A stretch of DNA of 64,000 bases from Octopus vulgaris. Lineage: Eukaryota. The stretch spans positions 42,656,001-42,720,000 of the forward strand of contig OX597827.1 in the NCBI GenBank assembly GCA_951406725.2, given 5' to 3'. The translations under genes were made by a program, and so were the position numbers. Position 1 is the stretch's first letter. The number at the start of each line of letters is the position of its first letter. A model generated the notes under the pieces. The model saw only the letters and a list, made by a program, of their open reading frames with translations, did no database searches and was not told the DNA's origin. This document shows positions 1 through 13,429 of the stretch, piece after piece.

Positions 1-73
1 CCTCTAGGGATAATTGAGGAACCCAGTTGTCTGAGATTTCTCTGAAACCACAAGAGCAAGTGCCCTCACCGAC

Positions 74-300
74 TCACAGGTCTACACTTAGAGAAGTACC
101 TTCCACTCTTGCCCTTTTCGCAACTTTCACCCACCTTTCAGTAAACTCACTCGAGGACAGCACTTCCTTCTCCACTCTCAATTTCCTCTTTCAAGTGAAA
201 GCTGAAGAGGTCGATGAGAGCTCTACCAAAGAGGAATGTATCTGTCCTCATGCCTTTCAGCCTTTTTCCACCAAACAACATCTTTCACCACAGCCAAGTC
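74..300 (-). pseudogene. Tx1/L1-like non-LTR retrotransposon ORF2 C-terminal fragment (frameshifted)
   Basis: Minus-strand translation LAVVKDVVWW/LKGMRTDTFLFGRALIDLFSFHLK/RKLRVEKEVLSSSEFTERWVKVAKRARVEGTSLSVDL* with two frameshifts and stop at 74-76; the same motif (LVAVKKEVVW) recurs near 44670. Confidence 0.6.
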
Positions 301-311
301 TTTCTTACTAT

Positions 312-466
312 AGGCACAAAGCTTGAAATCTGTGTATGTGTGTGGGGGTGAGGGGACTAGTCGTTTACATCGCCTCCAGTGTTCATCTAGTACATCATAT
401 TTTATCGATCCCGAAAGGATGAATGTCAAAGTCGACCTCGGCAGACTTCGAACCTAAAGCGTAAAG
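312..466 (-). mobile_element. SINE family A fragment
   Basis: Reverse complement of the family A core (gaggtcgactttg..tttcatcctttcggg.tcgataaa). Confidence 0.75.
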
Positions 467-469
467 TGT

Positions 470-838
470 TGTTTAAGGATGTTAAATAAAACACCCATGT
501 TTCCAAAGTTGAATTATCCAAACCCCATCATGACACATGGCTATGATGCTCCTCCATTATTTCTGCTCATGATCGGAGATGCATATATCGTCAGCCACAT
601 GGAACTTTTGAGTGGGATGGGCTACTCAACCGGAAGAAAATTCTAACTGGGTCCCACGTGCAAGGTCATGTGCTGTTTATGTTGATATGAGATCATCATA
701 TCGCACACATATGGTTGTGATTCATGTGCCTGGTGTACCCTTATCAGACGGGTAGTCATGATGAGTATACTTGGTTTCGTATATTTTACCCCAGTGTCAC
801 TCTGATGGCATGTGCTGCTCTCTCATTCAATAATAATA
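470..838 (+). mobile_element. Dispersed retroposon-like repeat ending in (AAT)n
   Basis: Ends ctctcattcaataataat; a diverged inverted copy lies at about 22805-23082 (shared gactacccgtctga, aaaatatacgaa, gagtagc). Confidence 0.55.
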
Positions 839-1004
839 GCAACAACAACAGCAATAATAATAATACCAAGAAGAACTCTTTCTGCTAAAGGCTCAATGCC
901 TGAAATTTTGGGGGAAGGGATTAGTCGATGACACCGACCCAATTGTTTGATTGGTACTTAATTTATCGACCCCAAAAGGGGTTCTGCCAACTTGTCGCTT
1001 TAAT

Positions 1005-1552
1005 GATAATGATTTCAAATACTAGCACAAGACCTGAAATTTTGGAAGAGAGGATAAGTCGATTAGATCGACCCCAGTGCATAACTGGTACTTATTTCAT
1101 CGACTCCGAAAGGATGAAAGGCAAAGTCGACTTCGGCGGAATTTGAACTCAGAACGCAGCAACAGGCGAAATACCTATTTCTTCACTACCCACAAGGGGC
1201 TAAACACAGAGAGGACAAACAAGGACAGACAAACGGATTAAGTCGAATATATCGACCCCAGTGCGTAACTGGTACTTATTTAATCAACCCCGAAAGGATG
1301 AAAGGCAAAGTCGATCTCGGTGGAATTTGAACTCAGAACGTAGAAACAGACGAAATACCTATTTCTTTACTACCCACAAGGGGCTAAACACAGAGAGGAC
1401 AAACAAGGACAGACAAACGGATTAAGTTGATTATAGCGACCCCAGTGCGTAACTGGTACATATTTAAGGATGAAAGGCAAAGTCGGCCTTAGGCGAAATA
1501 CCGCTAAGCATTTCGTCCAGCGTGCTAACGATTCTGCCAGCACGCCGCCTTA
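1005..1552 (-). mobile_element. SINE family A, copy with three internal tandem core repeats
   Basis: tRNA-like head (ggcggcgtgctggcagaatcgttagcacg) on the minus strand at about 1520-1550; the core gaccccagtgc.taactggtac...ggatgaaaggcaaagtcg occurs at about 1070, 1254 and 1438. Confidence 0.85.
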
Positions 1553-1719
1553 AGTTGTTTTTATAATAATACTAAGAAGAAGAAGAATGTTATTTATTTA
1601 TTTAATTTTTTTTTATTTAGGCATAAAGCCAGCAATTTTGAGGCTATAGGGGTTAATACGACAACCTCGCCCTCGATTCTTGACTGGTAATTAGCTATAA
1701 CACATATGTGTATGTGTAC

Positions 1720-1785
<66 letters not shown>

Positions 1786-2199
1786 TTTGTGTGCGTGCGT
1801 TTATATGTATATATAAATGCATGTATACTGGAAAATGATGAAAAACTACAGTATCTCGTATGTTATTAATAGAAGATTTAGTATATCTCAGTCAATTTAA
1901 CGGATCATAAGTTTTAAAACAACAGCATATATTTTGGGTTATAATTGTCTAAAGTGGTGTGGGTAGTGTTCGCTACATATTAGATTTCAAATTAAAAAAA
2001 ACTGTTTTCAGATGGAAGGGTTTTTATCTTGTTTATTATATTTTATTTCATTTATTTATTTATATTATTTATTTACTATTTTTGAGAAATAGTGATGGAA
2101 ATTTCTATAGAGAAGGTACTCTATATATATCAGGATTTTCATATTGGCTGTTTAATGTTTATTTCTCTCTCTCTCTCTCTCTACAAATTATATAGATAA

Positions 2200-2258
<59 letters not shown>

Positions 2259-2267
2259 CGTACATAC

Positions 2268-3180
<913 letters not shown>

Positions 3181-3407
3181 GCATATACATATATATGTTA
3201 GTATGACAAAGAGTTCAATTGTTCGGAGAGCTTCGTTTCAAATTGATAGAGATATATATTACTCGTGATTAGCAAGATGAACAAATTAATAGGATATAGT
3301 GTACCTTTTTTACATCCACGCTTGAAGATGATTGACTTGCATTGATACAGATGATTATACACAAATTATACATAAATTACAGATAATCAAATAGACAGAT
3401 TCAGATA

Positions 3408-3648
3408 TTTATTTCTCTATTGCCCACAGGGGGCAAAACGTAGAGAGGAAAAACAAGGACACACAAAGGGATAATATCGATTACATTAAACCCAGTGCGT
3501 AACTGGTACTTATTTAATCGACTCTGAAAGGATAAAAGACAAAGTCGACCTCGACGGAATTTGAACTCAGAACGTAAGGGCAGACGATATAATAATACCG
3601 CAAAACATTTCGCAAGGCGTGCGAACGATTCTGCCAGCTCGCCGCCCT
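3408..3648 (-). mobile_element. SINE family A
   Basis: Head ggcggcgagctggcagaatcgttcgcacg and B-box-like gagttcaaattcc on the minus strand. Confidence 0.85.
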
Positions 3649-3701
3649 AAACAGACAGAGATATTGAAATAGAAATGTGTTTCTGCCTTTTTTGGTGCGT
3701 G

Positions 3702-3763
<62 letters not shown>

Positions 3764-3773
3764 TGTACATATA

Positions 3774-3920
3774 CCGATGGTCAGGTCATCTCACACGTAT
3801 GAGTGATATCAGAATTCCGAAGCAACTTCTCTTTTAGCCAATCCTCAACAGGAAGATCAGTTGGAGGGCGACTCTTGCGCTTTAAGGACAAACTAAGAAA
3901 CAATCTGAAGCGATGCAACA
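3774..3920 (+). pseudogene. RTE (BovB-like) LINE ORF C-terminal fragment
   Basis: RWSGHLTRMSDIRIPKQLLFSQSSTGRSVGGRLLRFKDKLRNNLKRCN matches the RTE RWxGHxxRM..RxPKQLL..GxR..RFKD motif; flanked by microsatellites on both sides. Confidence 0.8.
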
Positions 3921-3972
3921 GGTATGTATGTATGTATGTATGTATGTATGTATGTATGTATGTATGTATGTA

Positions 3973-4003
<31 letters not shown>

Positions 4004-4332
4004 ATGTATGCATGTATGTATGCATGTATATATACATGCATGTATGTATGTATGTACGTATGTATGTATGTACGTATGTATGTATGTATGTATGCATGTA
4101 TGTATACATGCATGTATGTATGAATGTATGCATGTATATATATACATACATGGTCAGTGCAAAAGCGCACTGAATAAACCAGCTGGAGGAGATATCTTCC
4201 TGGGGTTGAAACAACAGTATCATCTCAAGTGATGATAGAAATTGCCTTAAAGTGACGATAGACGTGACCGCGTGTGTACCGTTGGCGATTTTGTTTCCTC
4301 TGTCTTCCCTTCTCTGGATCTTTCTTTTTCCT

Positions 4333-4367
4333 GTTTCCGACGAAGAGCTCCACTCGAAACGTTAAAC
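4333..4367 (+). ncRNA. Type I hammerhead-ribozyme-like motif (minimal; U4C; extra A after A9)
   Basis: GTTT-CCGACGA-A-GAG ctcca CTC-GAAA-CGT-T-AAAC: stem I GTTT/AAAC, stem II GAG/CTC, palindromic stem III ACGT. Host element about 4250-4457 ends in (TA)n. Confidence 0.65.
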
Positions 4368-4453
4368 CCTCCTTCTTTCCTGAGCGTCCAATAATACTAT
4401 ATTTGTTCCACGTCCTCGCGTTGTTATGTTTTTTTGTGCTTTCTTGTTTGGAT

Positions 4454-4577
<124 letters not shown>

Positions 4578-4587
4578 TGTATGTATG

Positions 4588-4631
<44 letters not shown>

Positions 4632-4726
4632 GAGAGAGAGGGGGAGAGAGAGAATTTACAAAGACAAAGACGGGTGTGTAAACAACAAACAGATGTATTA
4701 GTTTAACGTTTGGGAAGTGAGAAAGT

Positions 4727-4762
4727 CTTTTACGTTTCGAGCCTATGCTCGTCGACAGAAAG
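4727..4762 (-). ncRNA. Hammerhead-like motif (A6U variant)
   Basis: Minus strand CTTT-CTGTCGA-C-GAGC atag GCTC-GAAA-CGT-A-AAAG; element about 4650-4826, homologous to 9470-9560 and 46948-47147. Confidence 0.55.
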
Positions 4763-5043
4763 GAACACAGAAATAAATAGGCTGAGAAAAGAGAAAATGT
4801 TTAGTGGCTAGCGATCAATCATGGCGATCTATCATGAATATCAAAGTTAAAGGCGTGAAATTGTAATGATTTCTGGACGATAACTGACGAAGAAAGAGCA
4901 TGTCCATGCTTTCTGTGTGAATTTTCAGTTCGTTCGACTTGAAATTGAAAATGTAATTAGGAAAAACACAAGGTGTCGACTTTCAGATTCTCGGTCTTAA
5001 ATGTATACTTATAAACATACACTTGTGAGCACACAGGTGCAAA

Positions 5044-5480
5044 GGATCTTTTCAGTTTGAACGGTAGTTTTTAAAAATAATTTCCACGTAACTAAACACT
5101 TTTAAACTACGTATACTGGTAGAATGTCTTTATAAAACATCTTTTTCTCTTGGCTTTATTGAGAAAATCCTGTAGTTTGTAAGATATTTGTTGTCTTTTT
5201 CTTCAATTTCTGCAATTTCAACCAATTAATGACGTCTATTGAGGTGAAAACATTCTGTGCCGTATGAATATGTCCCTCGTTTAAGAAACGGATTGGGTTT
5301 ATTTAGATTTCTGAAGAAAAAAGATACCCTTCTCCCCACCCCTAACCCTAACCCTAACCCTAACTAACCCTGACCCTAAAACAGATTGAAATGCAATAGA
5401 TCGATACTAGGGTCATAATTATGGGTGACAATTTCATATGACACCGCTAGAAAAAACTGCCGTTCAAACCGAAAAGATTC
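5044..5480. mobile_element. MITE with about 28-bp TIRs and 8-bp TSD, internal (CCCTAA)n; Merlin-like
   Basis: TIRs ggatcttttcagtttgaacggtagtttt / gaatcttttcggtttgaacggcagtttt (reverse complement of right end; 25/28); TSD ggtgcaaa at 5036-5043 and 5481-5488; telomere-like repeats at 5341-5378. Confidence 0.8.
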
Positions 5481-5556
5481 GGTGCAAATAAGTCGAAGAC
5501 AATAATACTCGAATATCGAAGCTAAAGTAAAATAATGTTTTATAGAAGCTGAAAAA

Positions 5557-5594
5557 CTCTTACACCTAGTTTCACGAAATCGATCATCAGACAA
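5557..5594 (-). ncRNA. Degenerate hammerhead-like motif
   Basis: Minus strand CTGATGA-TCGATTTCGT-GAAA-CTAGGTGT-A-AGAG; stem I is imperfect; flank resembles the tail of the 53806-53950 element. Confidence 0.45.
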
Positions 5595-5929
5595 CCGGGA
5601 ATTTTTTTTTTCTGAGCAATATTATGATTTATCAATGTTTATTAATTGTACAGAGGTAATTGTTTAGTGAATAATCAAATAAATATTTGAAGTATTGGAC
5701 AGTGGGATATTAAGTTACAAAATAACAGCAATCTTTTGGATAAAATCGTTTGACTGCTGACGAAAAAATATAAACATTTAAAAACGATTTGAAATTGAAT
5801 TAGAGACAAAATAACGTGAATCACCTGTATATGTGGAGGTAAGGATAATAATTAAAGCAAAGGAATAAAAGCTCTTTCAGAGATTAAGAGCTTAAGAAAG
5901 GATAAACATAAGAATTTAAAAAGGGTTAT

Positions 5930-6102
5930 GGTCTTCCACACAGTTTCCGTTTATCAAGTTTATTCATAAACCATTCATCAGAGTCCGGGGCTGAAATTGA
6001 AAAGACTTCCCTCCCCCGCTCAAGGTACCGCGTAGTAGAACCGAACCCGAAACCGTCTGCTTGCCAAGCAAACTTTTTAACCATACAGCAATGCCTGCAC
6101 CT
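5930..6102 (-). mobile_element. SINE family B, degenerate 5' half
   Basis: cagtttccgttta...aagacttcc...caaggtaccgcg...gaacccgaaacc...aagcaaact matches the reverse complement of family B. Confidence 0.6.
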
Positions 6103-6244
6103 AAAGTGTTTATGTATGTATATATATATATGTGTGTGTGTATGTACATATATATATATATATATGCGTGTGTGTGTGTGTATAATAAATCTATCTATAT
6201 ATGTATGAACGTGTTTGTTTATATACAATATATATATATAATAT

Positions 6245-6548
6245 CACCGTGATCATCGTGACCGACCAGGCTATCAGATGTTGCTACACATTACTGGTCA
6301 CAATGCGCTTCGCATTGTTTTAGCCTTCAAATGATGCCACCCTGCTGGCTAAGCGAGCAGGCCAACAAAAAAAAGAGTGAGAGAAAGTTGTGGCGAGAAA
6401 GTACAGCAGGGATCGCTACCACCCCCTGCCAGAGCATCGTGGAGCTTTAGGTGTTTTTGCTCAATAATCACTCACAACGCCCGGTCTGGGAATCGAAACC
6501 GCGGTCCTACGACCGCGAGTCCGCTGCTCTAACTACTGGGCCATTGCC
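6245..6548 (-). mobile_element. SINE family C (tRNA-Arg-like head, tail type 1)
   Basis: Head gcaatggcccagtagttagagcagcggactcgcggtcgtaggaccgcggtttcgattcccagaccggg on the minus strand. Confidence 0.8.
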
Positions 6549-7411
6549 CAGAAGAAGGTTAACAACTGCAGTTGCACGTAGAATGTATCGTACGTCACAT
6601 GAGTCAAAATGCCAAAAATATCCCTACCGTATCACAATCATATGAAGAAAAATGCAATTAGTGTTGAAAGCTAGACACATCAATAATAAAGCCTATCTCA
6701 CGTTGACGTCACGACAAATAGCAGGCTGATCAGCTACATACTATGTCTCTATGGGGTTGTTTAGTCTGCTAGAAGTAGCAGCTAAATCTCCCACAAACCA
6801 TACCCAACTCGTTAAAAGCAAAGGAAAGGCAATATAGTGCATGATCTCTAAAAAGGTTAGGTGGTTTTTGGTCACAGATTATACATCTGCTCAATCGATA
6901 CTGCCATGGGACTAAATCAGCAAAGCTTCAAGGGGCCATTTGCTCAAAATGTTTTCAGTCCGTTTCCGCAGTGGAAAAAAACCCCAAAAAAAACACCCAC
7001 AGCACTCACCAAGTACATTTGGGGATGAAAAGGTGAAAGTACAAACAGGAGTATTACGTTTGCAATCCCGGAAAAAGAACCAGCGTTTCAAAGCTGCGTC
7101 AAATTGCTCGACCTCGACCATGCAGAAAAAGCTCCACATCAATCGCTATCACTCTCTAATCTTAAAGGTAATTAATTTGAATCTGTTGATGATTTCATCA
7201 TCAATCAAAGAGCGGACCTTTCTGATTGATGGTGAAAAGCACTTGACATGGCCCACGTGACCTACTTTTTGACATCAAGTGTCGTTTTAATCTTTTAGCC
7301 GTTAACTGCAATTAATTGGCGATCTGTTGCTGATTACAGTTGAGTATCGCATTGAATGTAAGGGTGATTGCGTGAAACCTTAAGGTAATGTGTTCGTAAT
7401 TTTGGATAACT

Positions 7412-7452
<41 letters not shown>

Positions 7453-7721
7453 CACACACACACATAGACACACAAATAAACAAACACACAAACATGCAAT
7501 TACGCAAATATGCAAGTATGTACGAATGTGTGCGTGTATGTATATATGTGTGTGTATGTGCATGCATATAAATATATGTTGATATATATATGTGTGTGTG
7601 TGTGTGTATACATGTATGTATGAATGTATATACATGTATATGTAATTTCATATATACGTAAGTATATATATATGTATATATATATACACACTATATATGT
7701 ATGTGTGTGTGTGTGTGTGTA

Positions 7722-7757
<36 letters not shown>

Positions 7758-7836
7758 CATATATATATATATATAAATATACACACACATATATACATAT
7801 GATATATGTATGTATGTATATATGTATGTATGCTTG

Positions 7837-7867
<31 letters not shown>

Positions 7868-8292
7868 GTATGTATGTATGTATGTATGCTTGTATGTATG
7901 TATGTATGTATGTATGTATGTATGTATGTATGTATGTGTACTCTCGCACGCACTTGCTCACACACATATATTCATGGATGGAAGAACGGAAGTACATTTA
8001 CACATACGCTCATGCGATAATGGTATTGCGCAGGGAAACGAAATGCCGACCTCCCCCTCCCTCCTCCCCCCACTCCCTTTCTCCTGCCTCTCCACGTATT
8101 ATACACTAAATTAAAAAGAAAGACGTACTGATGTGTTTAATCGACTGCCAAACATGATGGATGGATTCTAAACGATATTCGCACTAAAATGGTGAATGGA
8201 TGGTGGAATAGCTAGGCTGGGTTTTTGTACGTGTGAGATCTGGATAGGGATAACGCATTTACAATGGAAGAAAGACAAAAGGGGGAACACAT

Positions 8293-8357
<65 letters not shown>

Positions 8358-8878
8358 AGGAGAGTGGGAGGAGAGACAGACCGATAGAGACACAGTGAAA
8401 GAGTGAAAAATAGAAGCAGAGAATTGCAGAGAAAGACGGACAATTATTCAAAGAACAATAAACACATTCAGTAAACGAGCTTCAAAATGGTTGTCTGATC
8501 TGCTAGAAACAGCAGCAAAATCTATCTTCCCCATATTGCACTGAACCTAACCAGAAAAGAAGGGACTGGTTTGATACTTAGTCTGAGACATGCTATGCTT
8601 AACCCCCCCCCCCCCAAAAAAATATATATAGTGTAAATAAAGACGTGGTGGTCACGGGTGGGATGCTTTTAAGCATTCTGCTCGATGAAGGCAGAGTCTA
8701 GGATAGATAAACAAGTACATCAACAACAACAATAATAACAAGAAACAAATAAATCCAAACATCAAATATAAACCAAAACCTCAATAATTTATAAAGGATT
8801 AAAATTTGGCAGAAAGTTAAGCGATTTTGGTGAAAGGGGTGAAGTGGAAAGGTAATGATTCGCAATATATTATTGGAG

Positions 8879-8949
<71 letters not shown>

Positions 8950-9014
8950 ATGTATGTATACATATAATATAAATAATATATATATGCATATATACATATA
9001 TGTACATACTTACA

Positions 9015-9062
<48 letters not shown>

Positions 9063-9245
9063 TATGTGGGTACAGGACGTCACGAAACGTGTACAACAAA
9101 AATACGAAGTACGAGTACATGGAATATGAACTATTTTTTCGAACAACAAAAGACACAAATGGAAAACAAGACAATCAACATAAGGAACAAGCCTTCATCA
9201 GATGTTGACTGTTTTTCTACTCACATACAGACAGACAGACAGACA

Positions 9246-9305
<60 letters not shown>

Positions 9306-9475
9306 ATGAAGTCTATTACATAATTTCTTCTTTCCGTGTCACGTATTTAATTTCATGTTGCGGTCTGTATTCGACTAACACTGTATTCTGAAGCATATGT
9401 ATACTGAGCGCTAACAAAATGTTTAGCGAAATGTTAACACACACACACACATACACATATTTCCTCCCCTCATTT

Positions 9476-9511
9476 CTTTCTGTAGAAGAGCGTAGGCTCG
9501 AAACACCAAAG
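9476..9511 (+). ncRNA. Hammerhead-like motif (A6U; stem III mutated)
   Basis: CTTT-CTGTAGA-A-GAGC gtag GCTC-GAAA-CACC-AAAG. Confidence 0.45.
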
Positions 9512-9618
9512 TCTTCTTCCATTTTTCCCGAGCGTCAAATTAATTCACCCTGTTTGTCCTATCTATATATTCATAGAGCTTCTTTCAGTTTCCATATATA
9601 TATCGTCGCGTCGTCACG

Positions 9619-9943
9619 ACCCCCATCGGTCATGAATGACCATGGGATTGCACCTACAAAGTTACCCTCCGAGGAACAAGTCCGGGCAAAGTTGTTTATG
9701 GAAGACCAGCAGTCGCCCATGCATACCAGCCTCCCTTCACACCTCTGATGTTATCCAAGGGAAAGGCAAAGGCCGATGCAGCTTGGCACCAGTGACGTCA
9801 CAACTCATTTCTACTGCTGAGTAAACTGAAGCAATGTGAAATAAAGTGTCTTGCTCAAGAACACAACACGCAGCCCGATCAGGGATTCGAACTCACAACC
9901 TTATGATCGTCAGCTCGATACTCTAACCACGGAGCCATGCGCC
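9619..9943 (-). mobile_element. SINE family D
   Basis: Head ggcgcatggctccgtggttagag...gagttcgaatccc followed by gtgttcttgagcaagacacttt; homologous to 15646-15953 and 32650-32909. Confidence 0.8.
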
Positions 9944-9993
9944 TTAACCATATATATAAACATATATATATATATACACACACACACACATAT

Positions 9994-10370
<377 letters not shown>

Positions 10371-10395
10371 GTGTATATATATATATATATATGCA

Positions 10396-10455
<60 letters not shown>

Positions 10456-11250
10456 TCTCTCTCTCTCTCTCACTTTTACTTGATCTGTCCCCTTCTCTCT
10501 CTTTTCTCTCTACTCATCCTCTTTTTCTCTTCTCTTTCCTTTGATTCTTTGGTCTACTCTTCCCCTACCCTTCCATTTCTTTGTCTCGCTTTGCACTCAC
10601 AGGTCAATCTTCGACACCCATCCCTTCTCGTCTCTGATTCCTTCTTTCTCTCTCTTCTCTCCCCTTGTTGCGTTTGTCCCTCCTCTCTCTCTCTCTTCTC
10701 TCTCTCTCTTCCTTCCTTTGCTTCTCTTTCTTTTCTTTTCTCTCTTCTCTGTCACGTGACCGCTGGCCGAAATCTGTCTCTCAGCTTCCGACTAGCGACG
10801 TGTTAACATCGTTGTTTTTCGTCGGCCGCCAAGGCATCGCCGATAAGGCTCCTTTCCAAAATGCGCCAGAGAAAATTTGTTTGCTTGTTATCAGTCGTAA
10901 GACACTTGTTGTTTTCACCGTTAATGCTTCTGTATTTCATGTTTCTCTATTCCATTATTGTTTTTTGCCTTTTATATTCGTCCTTTTTGCTGTCCCGGTG
11001 TTCGTATGCATTCGATCCTTCTTCCAGGAAATCTACGCTCCCAGCTTAGTTTTTCTAATGCTCGTTGCTTGGTTTCTCTTGGAGGGCTGGCCGGATCTAG
11101 TAATCAGCCGAAATTACTACGATGATCCGGTTCTTGACTGAAGACTGAGGGTTTCGAATGTCCTGTCCGTGTTTATTGTGTCGTCTTCTAAGAGTTATAC
11201 GTTCTTGTCCATGTTGTATTTTTCTACATACCTTAATATATATATATATG

Positions 11251-11306
<56 letters not shown>

Positions 11307-11320
11307 CATTTTAATATTTC

Positions 11321-11372
<52 letters not shown>

Positions 11373-11670
11373 CAACAATTGAGGGTAAAATTAATTAATT
11401 AATCAATTTCACCAAGTATTCAGTATACAAAGGGACCATTTAAGGCGAATTCAAATTATTACATTATATAAAAGGGCTTAGTAAAATAAATTACTTTGCC
11501 GCATACTGAACTCATTAGAAATAGCAGCTAGAAAGGGGAGAGCAGAAATTCTTCGTTTGCATATTTGAATTTGCTAACACTGTTAGTTTTGAACAGATCT
11601 TCAGAAGCGATAACAGGCCGAAAGGGTATGTTCCCGCTTTCAGTGTTTTCAAATCCAAACCAGGGAGTTC

Positions 11671-11722
11671 TGAGCTGATGATAGAAGTGTCGACTTGACT
11701 AATCTTGAAACGTACGTTCTCA
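11671..11722 (+). ncRNA. Type I hammerhead ribozyme, copy 1
   Basis: TGAG-CTGATGA-[stem II 11682-11706]-GAAA-CGTACGT-T-CTCA: canonical CUGAUGA/GAAA core, palindromic stem III ACGTACGT, stem I TGAG/CTCA; predicted cleavage after 11718. Confidence 0.7.
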
Positions 11723-12227
11723 AATAACCTTTGCATTTGATTTTTTAATGTCTCTACCCTCATACTTTCGTGAGTTGAATTGAGCAAACACTATACGAGA
11801 GAGATTTTCTTTAAGTATTGGAGATAGTTTTAAAAAAGTTGTTTTAGCTGCTATTTCTAATGAGTTCAGTATGCGGCAAAGTAATTTATTTTACTAAGCC
11901 CTTTTATATAATGTAATAATTTGAATTCGCCTTAAATGTCCCTTTGTATACTGAATACTTGGTGAAATTGATTAATTAATTAATTTTACCCTCAATTGTT
12001 GAAATTATAATTCATCTCTCTCTATATAATGCCTCGGATTTTACCGAAAAAAAGCATAATGTTTGCTGATTTTAACCCACGCTGGTGGAAAGGGGAGAGC
12101 AGAAATTCTTCGTTTGCATATTTGAATTTGCTAACACTGTTAGTTTTGAACAGATCTTCAGAAGCGATAACAGGCCGAAAGGGTATGTTCCCGCTTTCAG
12201 TGTTTTCAAATCCAAACCAGGGAGTTC

Positions 12228-12279
12228 TGAGCTGATGATAGAAGTGTCGACTTGACTAATCTTGAAACGTACGTTCTCA
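12228..12279 (+). ncRNA. Type I hammerhead ribozyme, copy 2
   Basis: Identical to 11671-11722, offset by 557 bp. Confidence 0.7.
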
Positions 12280-12461
12280 AATAACCTTTGCATTTGATTT
12301 TTTAATGTCTCTACCCTCATACTTTCGTGAGTTGAATTGAGCAAACACTATACGAGAGAGATTTTCTTTAAGTATTGGAGATAGTTTTAAAAAAGTTTTT
12401 TTAGCTGTTATTTCTAATGAGTTCAGTATGCGGCAAAGTAATTTATTTTACTAAGCCCTTT

Positions 12462-12522
<61 letters not shown>

Positions 12523-12569
12523 ATCCCCCAAATCTTTTACCTCATACCTAATTTCGAAACTATGAGATA

Positions 12570-12975
12570 GTGGAGAATTGGCAGAATCGTTTATGACTCG
12601 AAATGAGTAGCTTGTAGGCATTTGTTCTGGTTCTTTGAGTTCTGAGTTGAAACCCCACTGACTTCAACTTGAAGTTTTCCTTCTGGGATCGAGAATATGT
12701 ACCTGTTAAAAAGTGTGGTAGATTTCATCGAATTATTCTTTCTCTTGAAATTTATGGCCTTGTGCCTATATTAGAAACGAGCGAGTTGGCTGAGTCGTCA
12801 GAATGCCGGGCAAAATGCTTAGCACGTTCTGAGTTCAAACTTCGCCGTGGCCGACTTTGCCTTTCATCCTTTCGGAATCGATAAATTAAGTACCAGTTGA
12901 ATTCTGGGGTCGCTGTAATCGCCTTACCCCTTCCCTCAAAATTATTCGCCTTGTGCCGATAGTAGAAAGGATTAC
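12570..12975 (+). mobile_element. Two adjacent SINE family A copies (first degenerate)
   Basis: Heads at about 12570 and 12780; ctgagttcaaa and gcctttcatcctttcgg core. Confidence 0.7.
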
Positions 12976-13429
12976 TATATTAACATTTTTAATTACTTAT
13001 CTTTTTTTTTTTTTAATTACCGTTATCATAAATCGCTATGAAATATAAATAAAAAGCTGGGAGGTGTGTTGATAAGCTAAGGCACATAAACCCCTTTTTT
13101 GTTATTGTGTGATTGCCCCTAATTCCTTCAGCTAAGAAGATGTAAGGGGGCAAGAGTAAGCAGGTGTAAGGCTTGTGAAGGATGACAATGACTAGATCTG
13201 CTTAATTTAGTCAACATATATAAGCATGTATAGGCTGGCGTGTGCTGTCTTAAACGGAGGTCAAACTGTTGGTGATGGCGTGCGAGGTACTCGGTGGCCA
13301 CTATGCTGGTGATGATGGTGATGATGGTAATGTGATGGTAGGAATGGTGGTGGCGATGCTAGTGATATGGTGGTGGATGTGCTGGATGGTTGCAGTGGTG
13401 TTGATTAATTGTGGTTTGTGGCATTGTTC

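Larger units (their letters stand above)
11371..12469 (+). mobile_element. Non-coding Penelope-like/retrozyme-like element: inverted arm plus partial tandem, two hammerheads
   Basis: 11371-11530 is the reverse complement of 11845-12003; 11531-11912 is repeated at 12088-12469 (period 557); both ends abut (TA)n. Confidence 0.75.

Noticed and set aside
5341-5378. Chromosome end or telomere
   Set aside because: A short imperfect tract inside a TIR- and TSD-bounded MITE.
11515-12344. Two near-identical 90-aa minus-strand ORFs (MLNSTHES...)
   Set aside because: Non-ATG starts, no recognisable domain, and simply a by-product of the 557-bp duplication, antisense to the hammerheads.
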